The notes beneath the pieces were generated by a model. That model searched no databases and was not told the DNA's origin. It saw only the letters and a program-made list of their open reading frames with translations. A program made the translations under genes and the position numbers. Shown in pieces: positions 18,064-28,319 of a stretch of 64,000 bases of DNA. The DNA comes from an uncultured bacterium (GTDB lineage Bacteria; Acidobacteriota; HRBIN11; JAKEFK01), in contig CAVZQN010000006.1 of the NCBI GenBank assembly GCA_963777505.1, forward strand, positions 1 to 64,000, written 5' to 3'. Each line of letters starts with the position of its first letter. Positions within the stretch are counted from its first letter, which is position 1.

Positions 18064-20286
18064 CTAACTCAAGAACAGCATTTCGCGATATTTAGGAAGG
18101 GGCCAGAACTGATCGTCTACAAGTTCTTCAAGCCGATCGCAAACCTTTCTGACACTGGCGCATTCTTCCATCAATTCATAGGCATAGAAATGTGCCCTCT
18201 TTTCGATGGAGTCGATTTCAGCACCTTCTGCAGATTTCTTTTCGACTGTTTCCAATTTCCGTTTCAACTCTCCGATCAAACCTGAGATAGATTCCAATTC
18301 TTCGGCTTGAGAACGTGCCCACTGTGCTGGATTGCCTGCAAGTTTTGATGCTTCGAGATAACTCTTCAACGACTCGGCGAGAAGGGTTTGGTGTCTGTAT
18401 GCCGCTGGCAATATATTTGTTTGAATGATGTCAACAAGAAGCCCGATTTCGATTTCGACATCCTTTATATAGCGCTCGAGTTTTACGTGGTAGCGCGCTT
18501 CATTTTCTTCCGGATGCATGATACCCATACGCTGAAAAAATTCTGTTGATTCAGGTCTTACCAACCATGCGAGAGCTTCCGGAGTTTTTGCAAGATTCGG
18601 TAATCCACGTTTTTCAGCTTCTATTCTCCATTCATCCGAATAGTTATTGCCTTCAAATCGGATTGGTTTTGTTTCGATTACAGCTTCCCGGATTACTTCC
18701 ATGGAAGCCTTCTTCAGATCTGAACCTCCAGATACACGTTTGCCGATTGCTTCAACCATCTCACCGAGTGATTCGGCAACCGCAGCATTCAACACCGCAA
18801 TCGGCCATGAAATAGATTGACTTGATCCGACTGCACGGAATTCAAATTTATTTCCGGTGAATGCAAAAGGTGAAGTACGGTTTCGATCTGTGTAATCTTG
18901 AGCGATTTCAGGAAGCTTACTTACGTTTAAGTTAATGATTTTCTGTTCTGTCGTTTCGCCTTTCACATGACTGGTTTCAATAGAATCCAATATGTCGCTC
19001 AGCTGCTTGCCCAGAAAGACGCTGATAATTGCCGGAGGAGCTTCGTTTGCGCCGAGGCGATGATCGTTTCCAGAACTCGCGATGGCGGCCCGCAACAATC
19101 CCGCTCGCTTATGAACAGCTTTCAAAGTTGCAGTAAGTACAATCAGAAATTGTAAATTTTCATCCGGTGTGTTACCTGGATCGAGAAGATTGTTTCCTTC
19201 ACTATCCATCAGTGACCAGTTATTGTGCTTGCCGCTACCGTTAACTCCTGCGAACGGTTTTTCATGAAGCAGCAGAGCGAAGTCGTGCAGGTTTGCAACT
19301 CTTCGGAAAATTTCCATAACCATTTGATTGTGATCTGCCGCAATATTCGCTTCTTCAAATACAGGCGCAGATTCATACTGGCTTGGTGCTACTTCATTGT
19401 GTCGAGTTTTAACAGGCACGCCGAGTTTGAATAATTCGTATTCTGCTTCTTGCATAAATGCAAGCACACGGCTGCGGATGCTACCGAAATAATGATCTTC
19501 TAGCTCCTGACCTTTTGGCGGTGCTGCTCCGATTAAGGTTCGACCGGCTAGAATCAAATCCGGACGAAGCATGTAGAGAGCTTTATCAACAAGAAAATAT
19601 TCCTGTTCCGGTCCGAGTGTCGGTACAACACGATACGCTCGGGTATTGCCAAACAACCGCAAAACTTCCAAAGATTTCTGGTTAATTATTTCCATGGAAC
19701 GCAGCAACGGCGTCTTTTGATCAAGCGCATGTCCGTAATAAGAAATAAAAACTGAGGGAATGCATAGAGTGCGGCCATTTGGGCCTTCCATCAGAAACAT
19801 AGGGCTGCTTGGATCCCATGCTGTGTATCCGCGAGCTTCAAAAGTAGAACGCATACCGCCGCTAGGAAAACTTGAAGCATCAGGCTCACTTTGAATGAGC
19901 TGTGATCCACTGAAACGTTCAATAGCTTCACCATCCGCTTCAAAAGTCAAAAATGCATCATGCTTTTCTGCAGTCAATCCTGTTTGAGGTTGAAACCAGT
20001 GACAAAAGTGGGTAGCTCCGCGTTCAACAGCCCACGCTTTTGCAGCTCTGGCTACTTCATTCGCGAGTGAACTATCCATCTTTGACTGACCATGAATGAT
20101 CTGTTGAAGCTTATCGTGCACCTTATCAGGAAGGCGCTCTTTCATCACTCGATGGCTGAAAGTGTTAATTCCATAAATTTCAAGAACACGCGTGTTTCCA
20201 ACGGCTGCATTTTGACGCGGTTGACGACGCGAAATTTCCCGAACGGCCTGCATGCGGCTTGAATTCCCTGACAAGTTTGTAGACAT
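18064..20286 (-). CDS. glnA: Glutamine synthetase type III
   Basis: THFCHWFQP, AEKHDAF, EPDASSFPSGG.R.TFEARGYTAWD, HEKPFAGVNGSGKHNNWS, DRNRTSPFAFTGNKFEFRAVGS, WPLPKYREMLF. Confidence 0.96.
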   Translation of the reverse strand: MSTNLSGNSSRMQAVREISRRQPRQNAAVGNTRVLEIYGINTFSHRVMKERLPDKVHDKLQQIIHGQSKMDSSLANEVARAAKAWAVERGATHFCHWFQPQTGLTAEKHDAFLTFEADGEAIERFSGSQLIQSEPDASSFPSGGMRSTFEARGYTAWDPSSPMFLMEGPNGRTLCIPSVFISYYGHALDQKTPLLRSMEIINQKSLEVLRLFGNTRAYRVVPTLGPEQEYFLVDKALYMLRPDLILAGRTLIGAAPPKGQELEDHYFGSIRSRVLAFMQEAEYELFKLGVPVKTRHNEVAPSQYESAPVFEEANIAADHNQMVMEIFRRVANLHDFALLLHEKPFAGVNGSGKHNNWSLMDSEGNNLLDPGNTPDENLQFLIVLTATLKAVHKRAGLLRAAIASSGNDHRLGANEAPPAIISVFLGKQLSDILDSIETSHVKGETTEQKIINLNVSKLPEIAQDYTDRNRTSPFAFTGNKFEFRAVGSSQSISWPIAVLNAAVAESLGEMVEAIGKRVSGGSDLKKASMEVIREAVIETKPIRFEGNNYSDEWRIEAEKRGLPNLAKTPEALAWLVRPESTEFFQRMGIMHPEENEARYHVKLERYIKDVEIEIGLLVDIIQTNILPAAYRHQTLLAESLKSYLEASKLAGNPAQWARSQAEELESISGLIGELKRKLETVEKKSAEGAEIDSIEKRAHFYAYELMEECASVRKVCDRLEELVDDQFWPLPKYREMLFLS

Positions 20287-20457
20287 CCCTTTTCATCTCC
20301 TTCTCGGCTCGTAGGCCGGAAATAATAAGTGAACCTTTTTCAAATTTAAGCTGGAATAATATCAGAATTTAAGGTCGGACTTCCAATTAATTTAATTCGG
20401 CCAAAAATCTGTTCAACTTTCCGAAAAACATGCCCAAACTATCTAAAAACTGGACAT

Positions 20458-21171
20458 TTAGTCAGTTTTGGCGGGTAATCTTGTGCGGGCTTTTTCGAGG
20501 GCTGCCTGAACTTCCATTGCCCGGCGACATGTTTCTTGTGCGCGTTTTACTTCATCAGCATTAGCCCAATATCCTGAAACTTTTACATCTTTTCCATTAA
20601 CACTGTACGTGTCTGTGCGGAATTCTTTTTCTGACTTTGGATCACCACCTGCATTTCTGCAAGCAGCTTTCAATCGATTGAATTCACGTTCTTTTTCTAT
20701 GATCCATTTTCCTAGCTCTTTTTGGGATTCAGGAATCGAAACCGTTTGAATCGAAGTAATCAAAGGTGCTCCATCCCTGGTTTCGATGACTGCAAGCTGC
20801 GCCGTTTTTTCTAAATCTTGATCAGTAAGCAATGGAGCTGTACCTGTTCTGCGCAAACGTTCACGCTGTGCAATCTCTGCAAGACTGCTGGGCATCGAAG
20901 AACTTTTTGCGCGTTCAGAATCCGAAACCTTTTTTTCTCCTGATTCATCCACCGATTGAGGATTCGCTTCCCGCATCGCGGGAATATCAAGTGAGCTGCG
21001 CTTCAAGCTATAGAGAATTCCATTACGATCCTTAAACCTTAACGTTTCGCCATCGTCCCATAAAAGTGCTCCTTCCATCTTTTTGCCTGATTTAAAAATT
21101 ACAGTGAAAGCAGAGACGGTTTGCGTAGCCAGTATTAAGGAAAGGATGAGAAGTATAGAAGAGACACGCAC
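20458..21171 (-). CDS. Secreted hypothetical protein
   Basis: GTG start, signal peptide, small N-terminal beta domain (VIFKSGKKMEG), coiled coil with two Cys. Confidence 0.55.
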   Translation of the reverse strand: MRVSSILLILSLILATQTVSAFTVIFKSGKKMEGALLWDDGETLRFKDRNGILYSLKRSSLDIPAMREANPQSVDESGEKKVSDSERAKSSSMPSSLAEIAQRERLRRTGTAPLLTDQDLEKTAQLAVIETRDGAPLITSIQTVSIPESQKELGKWIIEKEREFNRLKAACRNAGGDPKSEKEFRTDTYSVNGKDVKVSGYWANADEVKRAQETCRRAMEVQAALEKARTRLPAKTD

Positions 21172-21294
21172 GGTACTATCTTAACAGAAACCACTTGTGG
21201 CGCTCTTGCACCCGGTGCTCCTTGCTCCTCGTGTGCCGCAGGGGTGCTGATGCAGGGGAGAAAGGGGCAAGCTTGATGGAATATACTTGACGGC

Positions 21295-21594
21295 ATGAAG
21301 AAAAAAATAGAAGAACTTACCCGCGAATTTCTAAAAGAACGATTGAAAGATCCTGAATACCAGAAACATTATCGTGAAGAAAAACTGCGGCAGTACCTGG
21401 GTCAATCTATTGCTGCTTTACGCAAAAAAAAGAAGATGAGCCCTGAACAATTTGCCAAAGCAATCGGCAGCAACGTTCAATCATTAACCAGAATCGAAAA
21501 GGGAGAATATGGTCGTTATACTCTAAAATTTCTTCTCGATCTTGCCCAAGCCACGGACACTTACATACATATAGATTTTGTGACTCAAGCATAA
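21295..21594 (+). CDS. XRE-family HTH regulator (HigA-like antitoxin architecture)
   Basis: LKDPEYQKHY N-helix then IAALRKKKKMSPEQFAKAIG...LTRIEKG. Confidence 0.8.
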   Translation: MKKKIEELTREFLKERLKDPEYQKHYREEKLRQYLGQSIAALRKKKKMSPEQFAKAIGSNVQSLTRIEKGEYGRYTLKFLLDLAQATDTYIHIDFVTQA

Positions 21595-21683
21595 CTGCCG
21601 AGATGCGCTGCTCCTCTGCGGGTAGTATGCAGATGGCGGCGCTACTGAAATTCGCTATGTTATAGTCTTGTGGCCGGAAAACT

Positions 21684-22505
21684 ATGAAACTTCTCGATCG
21701 ACTCGAACGAAAGCTGGGCGAAGATTGGGGAATACCCAATCTCACATTGGTATTAATTATTTCGCAAGTCATCGTTTATGTTTTGTCCTTTACTAACCGT
21801 GACATCCTCATCGGATTTTATCTCATCCCAAATTTAGTTCTGGAGGGCCAGGTATGGCGGTTTATTAGCTTCCTGGCTGTTCCGCCGCTTACAAATCCTC
21901 TTTTCGCATTCTTTTTCTGGTACATGTTTTACATGATGGGAAATGCACTGGAAAATCAATGGGGAGTGTTTCGTTACAATCTGTATTTTCTGATCGGTTA
22001 TCTTGCGACTGTTGCAGTATCCTTTCTGATTCCCGATCAACCTTCGTCGAACGCATTTCTTCAAGGTTCAGTATTTCTAGCATTTGCTTTTTTATTTCCT
22101 GATTTTCAACTTCTCATATTTTTCATTTTGCCTGTAAGAATTAAATGGCTCGCTTTGATTACGTGGATCGGTTATTTATTCGTTCTGATCTTTGGAGATT
22201 GGCTTTCAAGGCTCCTGGTGCTGGCTTCAATCAGCAACTTCCTTTTGTTTTTTGGATCGGACATTTTGCATCGAATAAAGACTGGAAAAAGGCAAATGGA
22301 GTTTCAAGCACAGCGTCAGGTGGGAAAAGTTAGAGAACAACAGCCTTTTCACCGTTGTATTGTGTGCGGAATTACGGACCAGAGCCATCCTGATATGGAT
22401 TTCAGGTATTGTCCTGATTGCACAGACGCGCCTGGGTATTGTACGGATCACTTACAAAATCACGAACACCGGATTGATCCTAATAGCGTAAAACAGGGCG
22501 GGTAA
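21684..22505 (+). CDS. Rhomboid-like integral membrane protein with C-terminal zinc-finger
   Basis: GQVWRFISF, multiple TMs, C-terminal HRCIVCG...FRYCPDC...YCTDHL. Confidence 0.75.
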   Translation: MKLLDRLERKLGEDWGIPNLTLVLIISQVIVYVLSFTNRDILIGFYLIPNLVLEGQVWRFISFLAVPPLTNPLFAFFFWYMFYMMGNALENQWGVFRYNLYFLIGYLATVAVSFLIPDQPSSNAFLQGSVFLAFAFLFPDFQLLIFFILPVRIKWLALITWIGYLFVLIFGDWLSRLLVLASISNFLLFFGSDILHRIKTGKRQMEFQAQRQVGKVREQQPFHRCIVCGITDQSHPDMDFRYCPDCTDAPGYCTDHLQNHEHRIDPNSVKQGG

Positions 22506-23358
22506 GACACGTAGGGCCGCCACTGCCTTTATATCCAATTTCTTTTCCGGCGAACTGGATTACTTCACAGCCAGCTTCCTGCAAACGTTTTTCGGTAATC
22601 GGACTCCCTTCAATCATCAGAACACGCCGCGGAGCGATCGCTAAAATGTTGCAGCCCAGAGTGTCATATTCTTCATCCGCAACATCAATCATTTTGATGT
22701 TTCGAGATTCGAGCAGCTGAAATAGCGCAGCAGGCATTAATTTGCGGTAAATAACTGCGAGGTCAGAATCGAGCAAACTCACGAACGACATCAGATGTAA
22801 AACATCAGCAGGACCATTCCAATAAGGTAAATCGAAATCAAGAACTGTGACGCCTAAAGGATCCAAAAGTTTTCGAAGCGCTTCAATTCCTTCAGCATTC
22901 GTGCGAAACCCACGGCCCGCCAGTAGCGTTTGCTGATCCAGCCAAACTAAATCTCCACCTTCTGCCGTTGCAGCTCCATCAATTCTGCCGAGCAATGGTA
23001 TATCTGATTTATGGAAAAAATCTTCCATCGCAGGCCCTTCGCCTCGCCGGCTTTCTTTTCCAGTTTGAAAAACAACAGCGCCACCATCGGTCACGATGCA
23101 TGGATCATGTGTATACAATGAATCCAACCCTGTCCTTGAATCCTCAGGCATGAGCAACACTTCAATGCCAGCATCCTGCATGACCTTTACCAGGTGTGAA
23201 TGTTCCTGGATCGCCACTTCAAAATTTGGAGCTGAAAGATAATTCAGTTTCTTCCATTGATTCTCAATTTGTTGGTTATTAACGAATGCTTCCTGAGGAC
23301 GCTTCACGATTACGCGTCGAAGCGGCGCAACCATACTCTGACAGCCATAACTCTTCAT
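22480..23358 (-). CDS. Amidinotransferase superfamily protein (arginine deiminase/dimethylargininase-like)
   Basis: LRRVIVKRP, DSLYTHDP, RRGE, EGGD, RTN, LHL, GGPTCLTRP. Confidence 0.88.
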   Translation of the reverse strand: MKSYGCQSMVAPLRRVIVKRPQEAFVNNQQIENQWKKLNYLSAPNFEVAIQEHSHLVKVMQDAGIEVLLMPEDSRTGLDSLYTHDPCIVTDGGAVVFQTGKESRRGEGPAMEDFFHKSDIPLLGRIDGAATAEGGDLVWLDQQTLLAGRGFRTNAEGIEALRKLLDPLGVTVLDFDLPYWNGPADVLHLMSFVSLLDSDLAVIYRKLMPAALFQLLESRNIKMIDVADEEYDTLGCNILAIAPRRVLMIEGSPITEKRLQEAGCEVIQFAGKEIGYKGSGGPTCLTRPVLRY

Positions 23359-23411
23359 GGTTCTTCATTGTGCACCTGTAAGCGGGTCAAGTGCAACAGA
23401 CGCTCCAAAAT

Positions 23412-23440
23412 AAAAAGGGCACGGTACGTGCCGTGCCCTT
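23412..23440 (-). terminator. Rho-independent terminator of PKD lipoprotein 1
   Basis: AAGGGCACGG-TACGTG-CCGTGCCCTT perfect stem with U-tract on the minus strand. Confidence 0.8.
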
Positions 23441-23456
23441 CATTTTAATTTCTAGT

Positions 23457-24959
23457 TTATCTACAAACTACGCTTGGGTTGCAATCGAGCTGTGGCCAGG
23501 CGTAAGTACCTGATTCACCAACATCGACCCAACTGGTGCCATCCCTGAGATGCATTCGGAATTGATTATTACCAAGGCTGTACATTTCACAGATGACGCC
23601 GATCCAGTATTCTTTTGCACCACCGATACCGCCAATGCGGACATCGCCACAAAGATAAAATACCTGGTTGCAGCTAACTTCATCCCGGAATTGTCCAACG
23701 ATTGTTTTCGATCCCTGGTCTTCGCTCACTACAGTGAAGAAGAATGGTTCACGTAGCCTGGAAGGAGTTGTGCATTTTCCTTCTGGCCCAGGACCAGGAC
23801 CTGGACCCGGCCCAGGATCATCTCCACCAAACACGCGGAAATTACGCTGAGTTGAAGCACGCGCTCCACCATTGTCCGTAACAGTTAGCTGAATCTGAAA
23901 TGTCGCGGCTCGCGGGAAAGTATGCATCACGATCGCGCCAGAACCCGTAGTTCCATCGCCAAAATTCCATTGATACGAAACAATACTTCCATCGCGATCG
24001 GAACTAGACGTTCCATCAAATCGAAAAGGAGTCTGAAAACTACCCTCTTCTGGTGAAACTGTGAAGCTTGCAACAGGTGGTGTCCCGCGCACTCGAACAT
24101 TTTTTTCTACTTCGGATTCGAGTTTGTCATCGTCTGTAACAACCAGCGTGACATTGTGCGACTCAGGAGATCGAAAACGGTGTTCTGCAATTTTCCCTTT
24201 TTTGCGTCCACCATCTCCAAAAATCCAATCATATTCCACAATACGTCCATCTGGATCGCTGCTACGGCCTCCATCAAAACGGAACGTCGTTGTGGTGTCA
24301 CCTTCATTTGGACTTACATCAAAGCGCGCAATAGGAAGTTTTCCATCTTTTACTTCCAATTCGCGTGAAGCAAGCGTTTGACCTTGATCATTATCAGTAA
24401 CTGTTAGTTTTACATTAAACTTGCCATGAGAACTGAACTTATGGGTTACTTTTCTGCCGCCTTCTGTTCTACCATCCCCAAAATCCCACTGATAACCTGT
24501 GACGGTGCCATCTTCATCGTTTGAGGCAGATGCATCAAATGAAAAAATGGTTTGTGCAATTCCCAAAGCTGGATCAACTGAAAATTGTGCATTGGGTGCC
24601 CGGTTTGCACCAACTGAAAGCATTGAAGAGTTCGTCGCAGTGCCTGCGGTGGTTGACACCGATATGGTCCGGACTCCAGGTGCAGCATCATTATTAACAA
24701 AGTAACGCAACTGGATTTCCTGGGTCGCAACTGCCGTAATTTCGACTACACGAATTCCGTCGCCCATATTGACTACGCCAACACCGTTGAAATTCGAACC
24801 CTGAATTCTGCCTTCAACAGTCTGTCCGCGTAATACTGATGTAGGTGTAATTGAAGTTATGGTTGGGGGTCCTGCCCCGTTGTTTGTGCTGTTGTCGCCG
24901 CCCTGATTACAGCCAGCTAAAGCAAGAAGGATCAGCAAAAGTACACTGAAGCGTTTCAT
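23457..24959 (-). CDS. Lipoprotein with IPT/TIG-like domain, 3 PKD domains and Cys-rich C-terminal domain (paralog 1)
   Basis: Lipobox LAGC; three FDxxxSxDxDG..Y.W.FGDG PKD repeats; (GP)n linker; 6-Cys C-terminus. Confidence 0.85.
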   Translation of the reverse strand: MKRFSVLLLILLALAGCNQGGDNSTNNGAGPPTITSITPTSVLRGQTVEGRIQGSNFNGVGVVNMGDGIRVVEITAVATQEIQLRYFVNNDAAPGVRTISVSTTAGTATNSSMLSVGANRAPNAQFSVDPALGIAQTIFSFDASASNDEDGTVTGYQWDFGDGRTEGGRKVTHKFSSHGKFNVKLTVTDNDQGQTLASRELEVKDGKLPIARFDVSPNEGDTTTTFRFDGGRSSDPDGRIVEYDWIFGDGGRKKGKIAEHRFRSPESHNVTLVVTDDDKLESEVEKNVRVRGTPPVASFTVSPEEGSFQTPFRFDGTSSSDRDGSIVSYQWNFGDGTTGSGAIVMHTFPRAATFQIQLTVTDNGGARASTQRNFRVFGGDDPGPGPGPGPGPEGKCTTPSRLREPFFFTVVSEDQGSKTIVGQFRDEVSCNQVFYLCGDVRIGGIGGAKEYWIGVICEMYSLGNNQFRMHLRDGTSWVDVGESGTYAWPQLDCNPSVVCR

Positions 24960-25173
24960 TGAGTCACCTCACCTTTTTCCCCCTGTCCCAGAAAGAAGCA
25001 TAGCACAGAGGGCAGTTCTGTCAATTAGACTGTAGTAAGACAATTGTAATATGACCCAGTTGAGCCCGAGATTCCCTAATCCCACAAAACTGAGTCCCTT
25101 AGCAGCCTGTAGAAGTATTACAGTCACTAATAGAATATCAGAATTAGTAAGGGTCTGTAACGGGTTTGAATAT

Positions 25174-25214
25174 AAAGCCCGGCCTCTGCTTCCCACTTCC
25201 GAGCAGGGCCGGGC
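25174..25214 (-). terminator. Terminator-like hairpin after PKD lipoprotein 2
   Basis: GCCCGGCCTCTGCT...AGCAGGGCCGGGC stem with short U-run on the minus strand. Confidence 0.6.
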
Positions 25215-25226
25215 CTCGACGTAAAA

Positions 25227-26732
25227 TCACCGGCAAGTAACAGCAGGGTTGCAATCGAGCTGCGGCCAAACATAGGTTCCATCTTCACCTACATCGATCC
25301 AATCACGGCCATCTACAAGCTCGATCCGGAATGTATTATTCCCCAGGCTGTACATTGCACAGATCGTACCCATCCAGTATTCTTTGTCACCCGGACGGAT
25401 TCCGCCTTTTCGAACGTCTCCGCAAAGGTAAAAGACTTCCTTGCAAGTTACATTTTCGTCAAAGCGTCCGGTTATGACCTTTGAACCCCGGTCTTCACTA
25501 ACCACTTCAAAGAAGAAAGGTACACGCAACTTTGATTCTTCAGTACATTTGCCTTCGACTGGAGGCGGAGGATCATCGTCATCATCCTCTCCCACAAGGA
25601 CTGTTTGTGTCGTTGTATCTGTTTCATCGTCATCGTCTGTTACAGTCAGACTGACTTCGTGGGTACCTTCTCTAGTAAAGCTATAGTGTGGAGTTTTGTT
25701 CGTAAAAGTATTGTTTTCTATCAGCCAGCGATATTCCATAATTCTGCCATCATCATCTCTGCTTCCTGATGCATCAAATGCAAAAACGGTGCTCGTCGAA
25801 CCGGTCGACGGTGAGACTGTAAAGCTTGCAATTGGGGGCTGGCCGGTAATACTTACTTCTTTATCTCGCGATGATTCCAGACCATCGTTATCAGTTACAG
25901 TTAATCGAACTGAGAAATCACCTTTGCTTGAAAATTTGTGGGTAACTCGTGCCCCACTTTTTTCAGAACCATCACCAAATTCCCATAAGTATTCTCTGAT
26001 GGTTCCATCGCCGTCTGTGCTTGTTGAGCCATCGAATTCAAATAATGTATTTGTACTTCCTTCCTGCGGCTGAACATTCAGATGAGCGACAGGTGGAATT
26101 TTGTTTTCAATTTGAACCTGTCTTGTTGTGTTACCTTTGCTTGAGAGATTATCGGTCACAGTAAGAGTCACAGTGAAGTTGCCGGATGAAGAATATTCAT
26201 GCGTAACAACCTGTCCTTCCGCTGTGCTGCTATCTCCAAAATCCCATTGAAACAATTGAATCGTTCCATCGGGATCGGTTGAATTTGAACCGTCAAATCG
26301 AATCTCAACACCTTTGTTTGCGTTTGGTGGATCTGCTGTAAAAACGGCTTGGGGTGCGCGATTTGCAGCTACTGTAAAAGTGCCATTCAATTCGCCTTTT
26401 CCAGCAAGTGTCGATACAGAAATCGTGCGAGGTCCAGCTGCGGCATTTGGCTGGACCGTAAAACGGATACTAATTTCAGTACTGCTTATTAATCTTGTTC
26501 TGATTATCTCTATGCCCGGCCCCATATCTACAGCTCCAAAGCCTACAAAGTTCGTCCCAACGATTGTAGCTCTGACGTTTGCCTGTCCTGGAAAAACCTC
26601 GGAAGGATTGATCGAATTGATGGTCGGCTTCGAACCACTCGAAGTACTATCGTCTTCGCTGCAAGCAGCAATCATTAGAAAAAAGAACGCCGCAAAAAGC
26701 AGCAAACAAACCCTTGGGAGCAGAATCATCAT
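25227..26732 (-). CDS. Lipoprotein with IPT/TIG-like domain, 3 PKD domains and Cys-rich C-terminal domain (paralog 2)
   Basis: Lipobox IAAC; PKD repeats; acidic/Pro linker; C-terminus closely similar to paralog 1. Confidence 0.85.
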   Translation of the reverse strand: MMILLPRVCLLLFAAFFFLMIAACSEDDSTSSGSKPTINSINPSEVFPGQANVRATIVGTNFVGFGAVDMGPGIEIIRTRLISSTEISIRFTVQPNAAAGPRTISVSTLAGKGELNGTFTVAANRAPQAVFTADPPNANKGVEIRFDGSNSTDPDGTIQLFQWDFGDSSTAEGQVVTHEYSSSGNFTVTLTVTDNLSSKGNTTRQVQIENKIPPVAHLNVQPQEGSTNTLFEFDGSTSTDGDGTIREYLWEFGDGSEKSGARVTHKFSSKGDFSVRLTVTDNDGLESSRDKEVSITGQPPIASFTVSPSTGSTSTVFAFDASGSRDDDGRIMEYRWLIENNTFTNKTPHYSFTREGTHEVSLTVTDDDDETDTTTQTVLVGEDDDDDPPPPVEGKCTEESKLRVPFFFEVVSEDRGSKVITGRFDENVTCKEVFYLCGDVRKGGIRPGDKEYWMGTICAMYSLGNNTFRIELVDGRDWIDVGEDGTYVWPQLDCNPAVTCR

Positions 26733-26872
26733 CTCCTAACCTCCGTATTACTATTTTTGTAATATTTATAGAGGAAACGTACCTTAAGTACTATTCATAT
26801 CATATGACTACTATAAAGGTCAATAAAGACGGGTCAGAGGCGGGGGCTTGATAGGAGAGATTACGGGAAATT

Positions 26873-26901
26873 AAAAAAGGGCAGCTTTTTAGCTGCCCTT
26901 T
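26873..26901 (-). terminator. Rho-independent terminator of PKD lipoprotein 3
   Basis: AAAGGGCAGCT-TTTT-AGCTGCCCTTT stem-loop with U-tract on the minus strand. Confidence 0.8.
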
Positions 26902-26922
26902 AAAATAACAAACGCTTACTAA

Positions 26923-28152
26923 TTAGCGCCGGCAAACTGAGGTAGAGCAATCAACTTGTGCCCATGTGTAGAACTTTCCTTCTCCATCGGAGGGCCAATA
27001 ATTGCCAAGCACACTTTTGATCTGGGCTCTGCCGTCGCCAAGATCGATAAACTCGCACATAACGCCGACCCAATATTCTTTACCAGGGCTGCCGCCTTTT
27101 AATCCGCCTTTGCGAAGGTCTCCGCAACGGTAATAGGGAGTACAGCCATAGTCACCATCAAATTGAACAATGAGTGTGCGTCTTGCACGATCCGCTGTCA
27201 CAACAGTAAACAGGTATGGAACCTGAGCATTGGATCTTGGACTACATACCCGGCCTTGTGCTTTATCTACTTCAACACCTTTTTCAAGTTTTGAAGTTAG
27301 ACCACTGTTGTCTTCAACGGTCAGTACAACATCATAGTTGCCCTGCTCTTCGTAGGTATGATCTATATCCTCGCCTTTTCCCCGTTTACCATCACCGAAG
27401 TCCCAGCGGTAATCCACAACACGTCCATCCGCATCACGGCTCCGTGATGCATCAAACGAAAAGTTTGTAAATGTGGAACCTGTCGATGGGCTGATTGAAA
27501 AAATCGGAACTGGTGGACTGTTTCTCAAAATTTCAACAGCCTTTCCGGCGAAATCGGAAGCTCCATCGTTATCAGTAACACTTAAACGAACTGTGTAATT
27601 TCCTAACTGAGTGTACTTATGCGTAGACTTCTTTCCGTTTCCTGTTGCGCCATCACCCCAATCCCATCGATAACTTGCGACGGTGCCGTCATCATCATCA
27701 CTATTTTCGGCATCTACCGAAAAGACTGTTGCGAGTGATCCTGATGGGGGTTCCATTGTGAACCTAGCACGTGGTGCTTTGTTGTTTAAAACCTGGAACA
27801 CACCTGATGAGTTTGCGCTTCCTGCCGATGTCTCTACAACGATCGTACGGTTTCCGGAGAACGTCGATGCATCCACCGAAAAAACGATATTGATTTGAGA
27901 AGCGTTAACAGAGTTAAAATTCTGAACGGAAATTCCATCTCCAAGGCTAACGCCTGTTACTCCAGTCAAATTTGTGCCTTGAATCTGCCCTTCAACATTT
28001 CTTTGACCTATGCTGATTGTAGCTGGCGTGAACGATGTAATAGTAGGTGCAGAATTATTATTCTGATTATTATCATCATTGTCACAGGCTACAAACCCGC
28101 CAAGGATGCCTGCCAAAAGGATCCCAAGTACTATCCTTGTTTTGTTGTACAT
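26923..28152 (-). CDS. Lipoprotein with IPT/TIG-like domain, 2 PKD domains and Cys-rich C-terminal domain (paralog 3)
   Basis: Likely start MYNKTRIV (28152); lipobox FVAC; two PKD repeats; same 6-Cys C-terminal domain. Confidence 0.8.
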   Translation of the reverse strand: MYNKTRIVLGILLAGILGGFVACDNDDNNQNNNSAPTITSFTPATISIGQRNVEGQIQGTNLTGVTGVSLGDGISVQNFNSVNASQINIVFSVDASTFSGNRTIVVETSAGSANSSGVFQVLNNKAPRARFTMEPPSGSLATVFSVDAENSDDDDGTVASYRWDWGDGATGNGKKSTHKYTQLGNYTVRLSVTDNDGASDFAGKAVEILRNSPPVPIFSISPSTGSTFTNFSFDASRSRDADGRVVDYRWDFGDGKRGKGEDIDHTYEEQGNYDVVLTVEDNSGLTSKLEKGVEVDKAQGRVCSPRSNAQVPYLFTVVTADRARRTLIVQFDGDYGCTPYYRCGDLRKGGLKGGSPGKEYWVGVMCEFIDLGDGRAQIKSVLGNYWPSDGEGKFYTWAQVDCSTSVCRR

Positions 28153-28319
28153 TTTCCCTTTAAAACTCCTTATGTAAGTTGAACCGAATATATTAACCGA
28201 GAAGCCTCGAAATTCCAAGGTTTTTAAGCGGGAAAGTGCCATGATTTCAATCTTTTAGCCTTAAACTTGTTGGTGACATTCCTTTGATTTATAGTTAGAG
28301 CTTCTTTTTTGGGTAATTG

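Noticed and set aside
20290-20340. Possible glutamine riboswitch upstream of glnA
   Set aside because: Only a short CGGC/GCCG hairpin near the RBS; I could not match the glnA-RNA consensus.
23783-23817. GGCCCAGGACCAGGACCTGGACCC short tandem repeat
   Set aside because: Encodes the (Gly-Pro)n linker with synonymous variation; not a CRISPR or contingency repeat.
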